Below are positions 36,812 to 47,438 of a stretch of DNA of 64,000 bases, in pieces. The translations under genes were made by a program, and so were the position numbers. The notes below the pieces were generated by a model that worked only from the letters and a program-made list of their open reading frames with translations, was not told where the DNA came from and ran no database searches. The DNA is from Candidatus Giovannonibacteria bacterium (lineage in GTDB: Bacteria; Patescibacteriota; Minisyncoccia; JACPKW01; UBA11713): positions 34,120 through 98,119 of the forward strand of contig JACPKW010000003.1 in the NCBI GenBank assembly GCA_016186825.1, written 5' to 3'. Each line of letters opens with the position of its first letter. Position 1 is the stretch's first letter.

Positions 36812-38803
36812 ATGATTTTTTCTACAAAACATCTGCTAAAACCGGCCGGTGACCAGCCGCAGGCGATCAAGAAGCTTTCAAAACACATCAAGGAAGGCAA
36901 ACCCTTTCAAACACTTTTGGGCGTTACAGGATCCGGAAAAACTTTGACAATGGCGCACGTAATTGCAAAATGCAATCGCCCCGCGATAATAATTTCGCAT
37001 AATAAAACTCTTGCCGCGCAGCTCTATCAGGAATTCAAAGAATTTTTTCCCGAAAACTCGGTGCATTATTTTGTTTCTTACTATGATTATTACCAACCCG
37101 AAGCTTACCTTCCCGTAACAGATACTTATATTGAAAAGGACGCGAAAATAAATGCTTTCATCGACCAGCTCCGGCATGCCGCAACGCAAGATGCGCTCAC
37201 GCGAAGGGATTTTGTGATTGTAGCCTCTGTCTCCTGCATTTACGGAATCGGAGATCCGGAAGAATACGAAAAAATGTCCGTCGATCTCAAAATCGGGCAA
37301 AAAACAAAACGCCAGGAACTTTTAGGGAGACTCGCCGATCTGCAATACGAAAGAAACGATTTTGAGCGAAAGCCCGGGAGTTATTCCGTGAAAGGAGATG
37401 CAATCAATATAACTTCTCCCGATGCTTCGAGCATAACTAAAATCGAGCTGTTTGGAGATGAGATTGAAAAAATTTCAGATCGAAAAAATGGCCTGGGATC
37501 GCTGGGCGCAGCGCTTAAGACAAAAAAGATTTTTCCGGCAAAGCATTTCGTCACCCCTAAGAACAAACTTGATCTGGCAATAAGAAACATCGAACGCGAA
37601 CTGGAAGAACGCCTGAAAGAACTTCGAAAAGATGAAAAGCTGCTTGAAGCCGAGCGGCTCGAGCAAAAAACGCGCTTTGATCTCGAGATGCTCAAGACCA
37701 CGGGATTTGCAAGCGGGATTGAAAACTATTCCAGGCAGCTTTCATTCAGAGCTCCCGGATCCCCGCCCGCCACCCTTTTTGATTATCTGCCTGATGATAC
37801 GCTGGTCTTCATAGATGAGTCGCATATGACAATCCCGCAAATTCGCGGAATGTATTTTGGAGACAAATCGCGAAAGCAAACACTTGTTGACTATGGCTTT
37901 CGCCTCCCTTCTGCGCTTGATAATAGGCCTCTTAAATTTGATGAGTTTGAAAAAAGAATCAGCCAGGCAATTTTTGTCTCCGCCACACCGAGCCAATACG
38001 AAATTTCAAAGTCAGAGGCGCAGATCACAGAACAGCTCGTCCGCCCCACCGGACTTTTGGATCCAATCATCGAAGTCCGGCCCATTAATCCACCGGCTGG
38101 AGGCGCTCCCGAAGGAGGGCAAATTAAGGATGCGATTTCAGAAATTCAGAAAAGCGTAGCAAAAAAAGAGCGCGTGCTTTTGTTAACTCTAACGAAAAGG
38201 CTCGCGGAGGAAATTTCCGATTACCTGAAGGAGCATGATATCAAAGCGGAGTATCTCCACTCTGAAATAAAAACTCTCGAGCGCACGAATATTTTGAAAA
38301 AGCTGCGGGAAGGAGAATTTGACGTGCTTGTCGGAATAAACCTTTTGCGCGAAGGGCTCGATCTTCCCGAGGTCGCGTTAATTTTGGTCCTCGACGCAGA
38401 TAAAGAAGGATTTTTGAGAAATAAGACGAGCTTGATTCAGACAGTCGGGCGCGCAGCGCGCCACGTAAACGGACGCGCAATTCTATACGCGGACCATATT
38501 ACAGATTCAATAAAATTTACGATCGAAGAGACAATCCGCCGCAGGCGATATCAGGAAAATTTCAACAAAAAAAACGGCATTACCCCAAAGGCGATTAATA
38601 AACAGATCCGCCCGTCCATTTTTGAAGAAACAAAATCCGCTGGCTGGCGGACAGATGACCTGGCAAAAGAGCTTGAAAAACTTTCCAAAAAAGATCGGCT
38701 AGTCGCGAAGGCCGATCTTGAAAAAATGATGCTCGAAGCGGCCGCGCGCCTCGAATTCGAGAAAGCGGCCGAGTTGCGCGACATTCTGAAAACTTTTTCT
38801 TGA
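36812..38803 (+). CDS. uvrB: Excinuclease ABC subunit B
   Basis: GVTGSGKT Walker A. Helicase motifs. C-terminal UVR domain. Confidence 0.97.
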   Translation: MIFSTKHLLKPAGDQPQAIKKLSKHIKEGKPFQTLLGVTGSGKTLTMAHVIAKCNRPAIIISHNKTLAAQLYQEFKEFFPENSVHYFVSYYDYYQPEAYLPVTDTYIEKDAKINAFIDQLRHAATQDALTRRDFVIVASVSCIYGIGDPEEYEKMSVDLKIGQKTKRQELLGRLADLQYERNDFERKPGSYSVKGDAINITSPDASSITKIELFGDEIEKISDRKNGLGSLGAALKTKKIFPAKHFVTPKNKLDLAIRNIERELEERLKELRKDEKLLEAERLEQKTRFDLEMLKTTGFASGIENYSRQLSFRAPGSPPATLFDYLPDDTLVFIDESHMTIPQIRGMYFGDKSRKQTLVDYGFRLPSALDNRPLKFDEFEKRISQAIFVSATPSQYEISKSEAQITEQLVRPTGLLDPIIEVRPINPPAGGAPEGGQIKDAISEIQKSVAKKERVLLLTLTKRLAEEISDYLKEHDIKAEYLHSEIKTLERTNILKKLREGEFDVLVGINLLREGLDLPEVALILVLDADKEGFLRNKTSLIQTVGRAARHVNGRAILYADHITDSIKFTIEETIRRRRYQENFNKKNGITPKAINKQIRPSIFEETKSAGWRTDDLAKELEKLSKKDRLVAKADLEKMMLEAAARLEFEKAAELRDILKTFS

Positions 38804-38889
38804 AATGAAAAATAAAAATCTCATCAAGGGAGGAGATTTTGACTTTTCAGTTGCATAAATTCTAAGATTAATTTAATATATCCAAGCAT

Positions 38890-39144
38890 ATGCCAATACT
38901 TAAATCAGCAAAAAAGGCGCTCAGGCAAGCCACAAGAAAGCGGGAACGGAATTTAATAAAGAAACGCGAGCTCGAAAAAGTTCTCAAAAATTTTTCGCGC
39001 TTATTAAAAGCAAAAAAAATCGATGAGGCTAAAAGCGCCTTCCCTAAACTTCAAAAAGCTATCGACAAGGCTGCAAAAAACAGAATTCTGAAAAGAAATA
39101 ATGCCGCCAGAAAAAAATCCAGACTCGCAAAAGCGCTCCGGTAG
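38890..39144 (+). CDS. rpsT: 30S ribosomal protein S20
   Basis: MPILKSAKKALRQATRKRERN. Confidence 0.85.
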   Translation: MPILKSAKKALRQATRKRERNLIKKRELEKVLKNFSRLLKAKKIDEAKSAFPKLQKAIDKAAKNRILKRNNAARKKSRLAKALR

Positions 39145-39984
39145 TTAAAGCGCCAAAATCAAATTTTCGAGCCCTTCTTCAAAACTCGTTTCATTGCGCC
39201 TCACACGCGAAAATAAATCTACAAGATTCAGCGAAATTTTCCTAAGCTCTCCCGAGGAAAAATTTTTTAATTCTGCTTCAGATTTCCTCATGACAAACGG
39301 ATGAATGCCGGAAATTTTTCCGCCGGATCCAATGAGGCGGAGCATTTTTATTTTCCAGCAAACTTTCCAATAAGCTTCCTCCCCTCCAAAGCCGTCTTTC
39401 TCATAGGAAAGCAGGAGCTTTAATGCCTGCTTTTTATTTTTTTCTGAAAAAGCATCAGCAAACTGGAAATAATTCGGCTCCGAAAAATTCTTTGCATGTT
39501 CATATTTACCTTCAAGGGAGAAGCGTTCCAGTTTTGAAGAAACTCTTTGCGGGTCATCTTCACCGGAAAGAAGATCATGCGTTTTTTCAGGGCTGATTCC
39601 GAGACGCTCTGCTTCGGCCTTACCAAAAGCGACTACGCGAGAGGAAGAATTTTCAAATTTTGCGATTTTTGCCCCAGCTTTCTCCGCATTTCTTAAAAAA
39701 TCTTTTTCAAATTCTTCCTCAAAAAAAACAGCGATATTTTTCGACTCAACAAAAAAATCTGTCAGCCGCTGAAGCTCGCCTTTGTAAAAAGCGCTCGCCA
39801 TAATATTTTCTCCGATCAGAAAAATTTTTCGTCCGAATAAATCTGGCGCTAAAAAGTTTGCTAAAGGATCACTCGATTCCCCCGTAAGTTTGTAAACAGA
39901 ATAGTTTTTATCTACAGCTTTCTTCAAAAGCTCCTCGATTTTTTTCTTAGCCCAAAAATGGTCGCCCCAAAACAAAAAAAACAT
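39145..39984 (-). CDS. Possible DNA polymerase III delta subunit (HolA-like)
   Basis: Size and position adjacent/divergent to rpsT, as in many Firmicutes. Weak motif evidence only. Confidence 0.35.
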   Translation of the reverse strand: MFFLFWGDHFWAKKKIEELLKKAVDKNYSVYKLTGESSDPLANFLAPDLFGRKIFLIGENIMASAFYKGELQRLTDFFVESKNIAVFFEEEFEKDFLRNAEKAGAKIAKFENSSSRVVAFGKAEAERLGISPEKTHDLLSGEDDPQRVSSKLERFSLEGKYEHAKNFSEPNYFQFADAFSEKNKKQALKLLLSYEKDGFGGEEAYWKVCWKIKMLRLIGSGGKISGIHPFVMRKSEAELKNFSSGELRKISLNLVDLFSRVRRNETSFEEGLENLILAL

Positions 39985-39994
39985 GGCTTAAAAA

Positions 39995-40399
39995 TTATAC
40001 ATATTTTTTATTTAAAACTTGCTTCACTTTTTCAACAATTTCCCCGGGAGTGAAGTTCGCTTTTATCATAAAGTCTTCTGCGCCAAGCGAACGCGCGCGA
40101 TCGATATCTTCGGATTGCCCCAAGTTAGAGAGAACAAGCACGGGTATACTCGACAGGTTAGCGTCATTGCGGAGCCGTTCAAGAATTTCAAAACCGTCGA
40201 TTCCCGGCAGAATAAGGTCGAGCAGGATCAGCGCCGGACGCCTTTCGCCGATTTCCTTCATGCCAATTTCCCCATCGATAGCGGTGCGAACTTTGAACCC
40301 TTCCCTATTAAGCTTTTGCGAAATAAGGTCGCGCAGGAATTTATCGTCCTCAACTATCAAAATGTCCATTTTGCTAAGCCCAGTCCCCTTTTCATCCAT
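39995..40399 (-). CDS. Response-regulator receiver domain protein
   Basis: ILIVEDD. ALILLDLILPGIDGFE with phosphoacceptor D. 134 aa, no output domain. Confidence 0.75.
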   Translation of the reverse strand: MDEKGTGLSKMDILIVEDDKFLRDLISQKLNREGFKVRTAIDGEIGMKEIGERRPALILLDLILPGIDGFEILERLRNDANLSSIPVLVLSNLGQSEDIDRARSLGAEDFMIKANFTPGEIVEKVKQVLNKKYV

Positions 40400-40420
40400 A
40401 CCTCAATAATAAGTTACAAA

Positions 40421-42412
40421 CTACATTGACTCAAGGAAATTCTGCAAAGGCTTCTCGCCTTCCGGAATGAATTCTTTCTTGAGCGGAATTCTAAATTCGA
40501 AGCGCGTGCCAAAACCTGTTTTGGAGCTGAAGACAAGATCACCTCCGTGGCGCCTGACTATATTTTTTGCGATAAAGAGCCCGAGCCCCGAGCCTTCGGT
40601 TTGAATTCTGATTACGTTATCCGCTCTGAAAAATTTCGTGAAAACACGTCCCTGCTGGTTTTCCGGAATGCCGATGCCGCTATCTGTCAGCCCCACTTTC
40701 AAAAAAAGCCCTTCTTTTTTATATTCAAGCGTTACGTGTCCTCCCGGCAGGGTGTAATTAATCGCGTTATCAAGAAGGTTGAAAAGGACTATTTTTATGC
40801 GGCGCGGATCGAAAACAAATTTTTCTAATTTTTCCTGCGGGAACTTGATTTCCAGATTAATCGATCTTTTTTTAGCGATATCGCGGAAATAAGCTAGCGC
40901 ATCTTCCGCCAAAACGCTGAAATCGGCTTCTTCAAATTCGTAGCCGAATCTTCCCTCCTCAATTTTGGACGCATCGAGCAAGTCGGAAACAAGGCCAATC
41001 ATTCTCTCATTTGAAACGTAAGCTTTTTCTAGATATTCTTTCTGCTTAGGATCAAGTTTCCCGATTTCCTCCTCCAAGAGAACTTTAATCGTCCACTTTA
41101 ATGCCGCCAAGGGAGTCCGGAGCTGGTGCGCGGCTACGGAAATAAATTCGGATTTTACGCGCGCGAGAAACAAGTCACGACTCACATCATGAATTACTTT
41201 TATGTAGCTTTTCTTCCCAAGATGAGTTGAAGAAAGAGTGGCAAGTTCAAGGTAACTTTTTTCGTGGACACCTTCCAATATAAACTGGCGCTGTTTATTG
41301 TCGCCAAACATGATTAATTTCAAAAGATTGTTCAACTTTTTCAGATCCGAGCTTTTTAAATCCACGCCCTTCGCTTCTTTCAGCTTTACTCCCGTAATTT
41401 CTTCGGCCCTCGGATTCATTAAAGAAATCCGAAAGTCAGAATCGTATTCAATGATCCCATCCGCGAGCGTATTTACGATAAAAGCGACGTGGTCTTTTTC
41501 TTCCTCTAAAACTTTCGAGGTATTTAACAGATTTCTTGAATTAATAATCAATAAGACCAGCAGAATTATCGCGGCAAGCGTCAAAAATATCGCAAAAATA
41601 AGAACGCGCTCTCTCCCCGCCAATATCTCCGAGGAAGGCGCCTCGATAACGACAGCCCAGGGGAAACCTGAAAGCATCGCGCTTGTAATAAGAACTTTTT
41701 TACCCGGGAAAAATATTTCGGATTCAAATTCTTCGCCGCGGATTTCACGCCTTGCTAAAATCTCTCCAGCGAGTTTTGTCCCTTTTAATAAAAGGCCGGA
41801 CTCAAGACGCGCAGCCTTGTCGATAAAGAGCGCCTCCCCATTTTCACTCAATAGGTAAGTAATTTCAGAGCCGCCAAGCCCAATCTTTATAAATCCTTCG
41901 CTGAAATTTTCAAAATCCACAACCGCCCTTAAAATCGCTGAGCTCGATTCGAGCGGAACTGAAATCACAAAGCCGGTTTCCTTGTCCGGCAATGACACTG
42001 GACCGGAAATTTCATAGCCTCTCTTATAAAATTCTTCGAGACGAGTTTTTCTGGGCAAGATGCTTTTAAAATCAACGTTCGTTCCTGCTGATTCGATGAT
42101 TTTTTCTCCCGCAAAGCTTTCTACAAATAAATATTTTAAATTCCGATCGCGCTTTTTCGCCTCTTCCATATTTTTCGAGATTTCGGAGAAATTGGAACCT
42201 GCCGCCGCCTGCTTCACGGAAGACACTTCTTGCTCAAAAAAATGTTCTAAAATTTCCTTGGCCCGCAGCATTAATTGAAGCTCGCTAAGCGAAGCAGTTT
42301 TTTTAATTTCATCAAGCGCGGGCAAAACAACCAGAAAATTCAGAGAAAATAAAACAAACGCCGCAAGCGCAATAAAAGACCAGGTTAAAAGCGGCGCAGG
42401 AAGTTTTTTCAT
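40421..42412 (-). CDS. Sensor histidine kinase (N-terminal TM/extracytoplasmic sensor, PAS, HisKA, HATPase_c)
   Basis: H-box SVAAHQLRTPL. N-box LLDNAINYT. G-boxes DSGIGIP / GSGLGL. Confidence 0.85.
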   Translation of the reverse strand: MKKLPAPLLTWSFIALAAFVLFSLNFLVVLPALDEIKKTASLSELQLMLRAKEILEHFFEQEVSSVKQAAAGSNFSEISKNMEEAKKRDRNLKYLFVESFAGEKIIESAGTNVDFKSILPRKTRLEEFYKRGYEISGPVSLPDKETGFVISVPLESSSAILRAVVDFENFSEGFIKIGLGGSEITYLLSENGEALFIDKAARLESGLLLKGTKLAGEILARREIRGEEFESEIFFPGKKVLITSAMLSGFPWAVVIEAPSSEILAGRERVLIFAIFLTLAAIILLVLLIINSRNLLNTSKVLEEEKDHVAFIVNTLADGIIEYDSDFRISLMNPRAEEITGVKLKEAKGVDLKSSDLKKLNNLLKLIMFGDNKQRQFILEGVHEKSYLELATLSSTHLGKKSYIKVIHDVSRDLFLARVKSEFISVAAHQLRTPLAALKWTIKVLLEEEIGKLDPKQKEYLEKAYVSNERMIGLVSDLLDASKIEEGRFGYEFEEADFSVLAEDALAYFRDIAKKRSINLEIKFPQEKLEKFVFDPRRIKIVLFNLLDNAINYTLPGGHVTLEYKKEGLFLKVGLTDSGIGIPENQQGRVFTKFFRADNVIRIQTEGSGLGLFIAKNIVRRHGGDLVFSSKTGFGTRFEFRIPLKKEFIPEGEKPLQNFLESM

Positions 42413-45003
42413 GCCTGCTTATATTTTTGCATTTCGCCCCAGTTTACTCCAGTTTTTATATCAACGGCGAGTGTTATTTCATTTTTATAAACGCTCTCAA
42501 GAATTTCTTTGGTAGGCGGAATAAAAGCGCTGATATTTTGCTGTTTAACTTCAAACAAAAGTTCATCGTGAATCTGAAGGAGAAGATATGCGGATCCTTT
42601 AAATTTATCTTCAATCATCTCACCCGCGCGAATCATGCCTAATTTGGCCACGTCAGCTTCCGTGCCCTGGATCGGAGCGTTTACGGCCATCCGCTCGGCT
42701 TCTTTTCTAATGTATTCCGCCGCAGACGAGAGTTCCGGAAGATAGCGCCTGCGCCCAAAGACCGTTTCCACATATCCTTTTTCGTGCGCCATTTTTTTGG
42801 TGTCTGCAATGAATTTACTGACGCCTTCGAAGTCACGAAAATATTCGTTCCAAAAACGTTCTGCTTCATCTCGGGGAACTCCCATACCTTCAGCTAATGC
42901 GTTGATGCCCATTCCATATAATATCCCGAAGTTAATTACTTTAGCTTTACGCCTCATCTGTTCAGTTACCCTGTCTTCGGGAACATTGAAAATTTCAGCG
43001 GCCGTAATCGCGTGAATGTCTTTTCCCGTTTTAAAAGCTTCGAGCATTTTTTTATCGCGGGCTAAAATTGCCGCGATCCGCAGTTCAAGCTGGGAATAGT
43101 CAAACGCGACGAGTTCAAATCCCGGCGCAGCGCGGAAAGCTTTTCTGATTTTTCGTCCTTCCTCGGAGCGGATCGGGATATTCTGCAAGTTCGGTTCAAG
43201 TGAAGAAAGCCTCCCCGTAACAGTGCCCGTCTGATCAAAGGTCGTATGGACCCTTTCATCTTTGTCGGCAAGTTTAGGAATCGCATCAATATAAGTGGAT
43301 TTTAATTTTGAAAGCTCGCGGTGAGCCAGAATCAATTCAATGATCGGATGCGCATTTTTTAATTTGAAAAGCTCGGACTCGCGCGTCGAGCGGCTCCCCT
43401 TCGCAGTTTTTTTAAGCCCTTTTGCCTGAAGCCCGATCCGCTCAAAAAGAATTTCACCGAGCTGTTTGGGAGAGCTGATGTTGAATTCAATTCCGGAAAG
43501 CTCATAAATTTTCGAAGATAAATCGATTATTTTTTCGCTCGACTCTTTTGAAAGTTTTTTCAAAAGCTCCGTGTCCGTCAAAATTCCCCGCGCTTCCATT
43601 CCAAAAAGCACCTTAATCAAGGGAAGCTCAATTTCGCCGTAAACTTTTTCTAATTTTTTTTCTTTAAGCTCGCGTGCTAGGGCCGCATAAATATCGGGCA
43701 TCGTTTGCGCCATTCGCAGCATGTCTCCCTCCGAAAAGAAAATCTTCGGCAGATAGTTATGAATTGTTTCCAAAAGCGAAGGATTTTGGAGGCTTGGGCG
43801 CGCGAGCCAGGCCGCGATTTTTAAATCAAAGTGAACTTCCGGGTTAATGCCCACCGGGCGCAGTAAATGGAGAATTTTTTTGGCGTCGAAAAAGATGTGG
43901 TTCTTTTTTAGATTCAGAACCTTCTCGACATTCGCGGTATCTCCGTCCAAACTGAACTCCGATATTTTTTTTTCTGCGGATACTGCGTAAAGTTTTCGGT
44001 CCGTTTCTGAAAAATGCCAGAAGATGTTTTCTGAATCTTCGAGGAATTTTGAATCTGCTTCAGTTTTTATTTCGGGAAGTTCGCGCCGAGCCTCTGACTC
44101 TTCAGGCAGACGCGAAATAAGGCTCGCAAAACCAAGCTCTTTAAAAAGCTTGGCAGCTTCCTCCTTTTTAAAATATTTTTTCCAATCGAGCCGATCGAAA
44201 GAGAATTCTAGCGGCGCATCGCGCCTGATCTCGGCCAAAGCTTTTGAAAAAAGCGCCTCTTCCTCGTGCTCCTCCAAAAGTTTGAGCGTCCGCTCCTTGA
44301 TGCCCGAGGCCAACATGCCTTTTTTGTCTTTTTTTAGAGCTTTAAATATTTTTTCGAGCGTCCCGAATTTTTGTATGAGTTCGGCTGCGGTTTTCTCTCC
44401 GATCCCCGGAACGCCTATGATATTGTCAGACGGATCGCCTTTCAGCCCCTTGAAATCGGCCAGAAACTTCGGATGAAATCCGTAGCGCTCTTTCACTTTT
44501 GCTTCATCGTAAACAATCGTATCCTGAAGCCCTTTTCGAAGCGTATAAACTTTCACGTGCGTTTTTTCAACAAGCTGCAGCGTGTCCAAGTCTCCCGATG
44601 CAATAATAATATCCAAATCTTTTTTTGATTTTGAAATTTCAACGAGCGATCCGATCATGTCATCTGCCTCGAATTTTTTATGCTCGAAAATCGGGATCGC
44701 GAAAACTTTCGTAATATCATAGGAGCGTTCAATCTGATTCGCTAAATCAGACTCTATTTTTTGGCGCGTTCCTTTATATTTTTCATATGCAATATGGCGA
44801 AAAGTCGGTTCGGGCAGATCATAGGCGGCGGCTATATAATCCGGCTTCAATTCTCGAAGCGCCTTCAATAAAAAAGCCGAGTAGCCGTAAAGCGCGCCCG
44901 TGGGTTCGCCCTTGGGAGACGAAAAAGACGGAAGCGCGTGAAAGGAACGGTGTAAAATCGCATGGGCGTCCAGGATTACGAATTTTTTATTTGTTTTTGC
45001 CAT
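42409..45003 (-). CDS. polA: DNA polymerase I
   Basis: 5'-nuclease N-domain. Pol A motifs (DYSQLELRI, RRKAKVINFGILYG, QIHDEL). Confidence 0.95.
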   Translation of the reverse strand: MAKTNKKFVILDAHAILHRSFHALPSFSSPKGEPTGALYGYSAFLLKALRELKPDYIAAAYDLPEPTFRHIAYEKYKGTRQKIESDLANQIERSYDITKVFAIPIFEHKKFEADDMIGSLVEISKSKKDLDIIIASGDLDTLQLVEKTHVKVYTLRKGLQDTIVYDEAKVKERYGFHPKFLADFKGLKGDPSDNIIGVPGIGEKTAAELIQKFGTLEKIFKALKKDKKGMLASGIKERTLKLLEEHEEEALFSKALAEIRRDAPLEFSFDRLDWKKYFKKEEAAKLFKELGFASLISRLPEESEARRELPEIKTEADSKFLEDSENIFWHFSETDRKLYAVSAEKKISEFSLDGDTANVEKVLNLKKNHIFFDAKKILHLLRPVGINPEVHFDLKIAAWLARPSLQNPSLLETIHNYLPKIFFSEGDMLRMAQTMPDIYAALARELKEKKLEKVYGEIELPLIKVLFGMEARGILTDTELLKKLSKESSEKIIDLSSKIYELSGIEFNISSPKQLGEILFERIGLQAKGLKKTAKGSRSTRESELFKLKNAHPIIELILAHRELSKLKSTYIDAIPKLADKDERVHTTFDQTGTVTGRLSSLEPNLQNIPIRSEEGRKIRKAFRAAPGFELVAFDYSQLELRIAAILARDKKMLEAFKTGKDIHAITAAEIFNVPEDRVTEQMRRKAKVINFGILYGMGINALAEGMGVPRDEAERFWNEYFRDFEGVSKFIADTKKMAHEKGYVETVFGRRRYLPELSSAAEYIRKEAERMAVNAPIQGTEADVAKLGMIRAGEMIEDKFKGSAYLLLQIHDELLFEVKQQNISAFIPPTKEILESVYKNEITLAVDIKTGVNWGEMQKYKQA

Positions 45004-45137
45004 TTTGTTTTGAAAACTCTTTTTTCGCCATCACTTTTTCAGGAGAACGGCATAAATTTCTGCTGAAATTTTGCCTCGTTCTCGCCCGCCTACGCTGGCT
45101 CCGAAAGTCTCCTCGAAAAAGTATGGCTCAACGAGTT

Positions 45138-45599
45138 TCAAATTAGAAGTTTAATTTCGCGCGATGTTCTCGAAATTAATTTAAATTTTAATTTGAAATA
45201 ATTTTTCGGAAGGATTTTTTGGACTAAGTCTGCCCACTCGATCAGCAAAATATTGTTAGGATTGTTTAAAAGGCTTTTGAAACCGAGCGCTAAAAATTCT
45301 TTTGAATCACTGATTCGGTAAGCATCAAAATGAAAGAAATGGGACTTTGACTTCGGAACTCTGAAAACACGCATTAAAATAAAAGTCGGGCTTTTCATCT
45401 CCTCTTTAATCCCGAGCCCTTTTGCAAATCCTTTTGTAAAGGAAGTCTTCCCCGCACCCAATTCACCCTCAAGACCTATTACTAGAGCTTTTTTCTGTCT
45501 GGTTCGGGCGCTAAAAATTTTCAGTTCCCGCGCGAAAAGCTCCGCAAATTTCTTCGTTTCTTTTTCGTTTTTTGTAGTAACCCGCAAAGCCTCCGTCAT
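45138..45599 (-). CDS. tsaE: tRNA t6A37 biosynthesis ATPase TsaE (YjeE)
   Basis: GELGAGKTSFTKG Walker A. 153 aa. Confidence 0.8.
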   Translation of the reverse strand: MTEALRVTTKNEKETKKFAELFARELKIFSARTRQKKALVIGLEGELGAGKTSFTKGFAKGLGIKEEMKSPTFILMRVFRVPKSKSHFFHFDAYRISDSKEFLALGFKSLLNNPNNILLIEWADLVQKILPKNYFKLKFKLISRTSREIKLLI

Positions 45600-45730
45600 A
45601 GTAAATTCATATTACCCCGACAGAAAAATTTTCTCTAACGACGCCACAAACGAAAAAGAGCGCTCGCGGCCGAGGCAGAACCTCGTGGAGCGCTCTTTGA
45701 AATTGTTGGCGGGTCTGGTGGAGGCTACTG

Positions 45731-46099
45731 TTACCAGTAGCCGTAATACCGGTCACGATGCAGATCGTAACCCGTCCGGCGCGCTCGGTAGAGCGCGTCT
45801 TGGCGGTTTTGCCGCTCCGCTTCGGCGGCGCCGGCAAGACATTCTTGCCTTTCGACCTCCGAGTGATACCGCTCGCACGAGAGGCCGTAGCGGTAAACCT
45901 CGGCATGACGTTCATGCGGTCTTCGATCAAGAACGTCCGCAATAGCCCCACCGATTATGCCAATCCCTGCGCCAGCGGCGGCCCCGGGACCGCGGGCAAC
46001 GCTATATCCAATTGCGCCTCCAGATGCAGCGCCGATTGTCGCCCAATGGCAACCGGAGAAAAAAAACGCCAACAACAACAAAATCGAAATTTTTTTCAT
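45731..46099 (-). CDS. Glycine-zipper lipoprotein in GC-rich islet
   Basis: Lipobox LAFFFSGC from ATG 46099. GxxxG repeats (GAASGGAIGYSVARGPGAAAGAGIGIIGGAIA). Arg/Tyr-rich C-terminus. Confidence 0.5.
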   Translation of the reverse strand: MKKISILLLLAFFFSGCHWATIGAASGGAIGYSVARGPGAAAGAGIGIIGGAIADVLDRRPHERHAEVYRYGLSCERYHSEVERQECLAGAAEAERQNRQDALYRARRTGYDLHRDRYYGYW

Positions 46100-46196
46100 G
46101 TACAAACCCTCCTTGATAATATTATAACATAACCACAATCTTTTTCAAGTCTCCTTAAGCTTGAGATTCTCCATACAGACGTGCTAAGAATGGCGG

Positions 46197-47345
46197 ATGG
46201 ACGAGAGAATGGAAGCAATAAAAAACCTTATGGCGGGGGCGTCTAAAGCCGCGCTCGTCATTCCCGCGAGCCCGACAGAAGAGGAATTTTTGCTTGAAGA
46301 AATTTTACGCGAGGCGCTCGAAAAGACCGGAAAAAAAGTTTATGTCTCGAAGGGCGACACCGAGAAATATAAAAATAACTGGCGCGATTTCATAAAATCG
46401 CCCGTTTCGCAGTTTCCAGAAAAAATTTACATAAGATTTCCCGGAAAAATAGAATTTGAGGGAATCTCGCAAACTAATGAAGCGCTCCTCACATTCGCGC
46501 CCGACGCGCCGATGCCGCTTGAAAACATCCAGATTCAAAAAGGGCTTGCCGTCCCCGACGCGCTGATCGCATTTGTCGAAAATAAAGATGCGCTTTCATC
46601 CAGAAACCTTGAAATTACTCTCCCTGAAGAAAGCAAAATGATTTTTCTCGGATCTAAAACACGCACACTTTCAGAAAAAATTTTTGATCTCGTTAAATTG
46701 ATCTCGCCTGAAGTGGCGGGAAGCAAGTCGACAATGCTTTACGGAGCGCTTGCAATCGAAACGAAACAATTTTCAAAAAATTTAAGCGCGGGCGTTTTCG
46801 GACTCGCAAAAACTCTCCTTGAGGCAGGCGCGAAGCCAGACTCAATCTCCGGGCGGCTTAATAAAACAGAGAATCTTTCGGCCGGGGAGATTCAGCTTTT
46901 GGGCCGCGCGCTTGCGCGAAGCATGGATGATCAGGCGCTGAAGATTTTCTGGACTTTTTTGGCCGCAACAGATTTTGAAAAAACGCACATCGGCTCGAGC
47001 GAAGAAAAAATAATTTCACTCCAGCAAAGAATTGCAAAATATTCGCCCAAGGACTGCGTTATGCTTATTCTCTGGGAAAATAGCGACAGAAAAGTTTTTG
47101 GATTAGCGGCGGGTGAAGGCGAACGCCTAATTTTACTCGCAAACTCGCTTGGCGCGGCGCTCAAGAATAATAATTTATTTTTCGGGCCTTACGAAAATTT
47201 CTCGAGCGCAGAAAAAGCGCTCCGGGATATCTTCAAAGGGAAAAGCCAGGCTGAAATTTCGCGCAATTTGTCGGGAAATTCTCTTTCGGCCTTTGAAATA
47301 AAAACCGGAGAAGCGAACACGCATAAGCCCACGGACTTAATTTAG
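46197..47345 (+). CDS. Hypothetical protein (382 aa) upstream of the PilB-like ATPase
   Basis: No canonical motifs. No DHH/GGGH motifs found. Confidence 0.4.
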   Translation: MDERMEAIKNLMAGASKAALVIPASPTEEEFLLEEILREALEKTGKKVYVSKGDTEKYKNNWRDFIKSPVSQFPEKIYIRFPGKIEFEGISQTNEALLTFAPDAPMPLENIQIQKGLAVPDALIAFVENKDALSSRNLEITLPEESKMIFLGSKTRTLSEKIFDLVKLISPEVAGSKSTMLYGALAIETKQFSKNLSAGVFGLAKTLLEAGAKPDSISGRLNKTENLSAGEIQLLGRALARSMDDQALKIFWTFLAATDFEKTHIGSSEEKIISLQQRIAKYSPKDCVMLILWENSDRKVFGLAAGEGERLILLANSLGAALKNNNLFFGPYENFSSAEKALRDIFKGKSQAEISRNLSGNSLSAFEIKTGEANTHKPTDLI

Positions 47346-47438
47346 GATTAAAAATCGGGTGGGTAAACCCTTTTAGAGGCCAAATTAAAGTTTCTAAATT
47401 CTTTTGTGCTAAGAACTCCTAACGGGGTAAAATAAGGT

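Noticed and set aside
46197-47345. Idea that the 382-aa protein is a DHH/DHHA1 nanoRNase-like phosphoesterase
   Set aside because: Neither the DHH nor the GGGH motif is present. The resemblance is architectural only.
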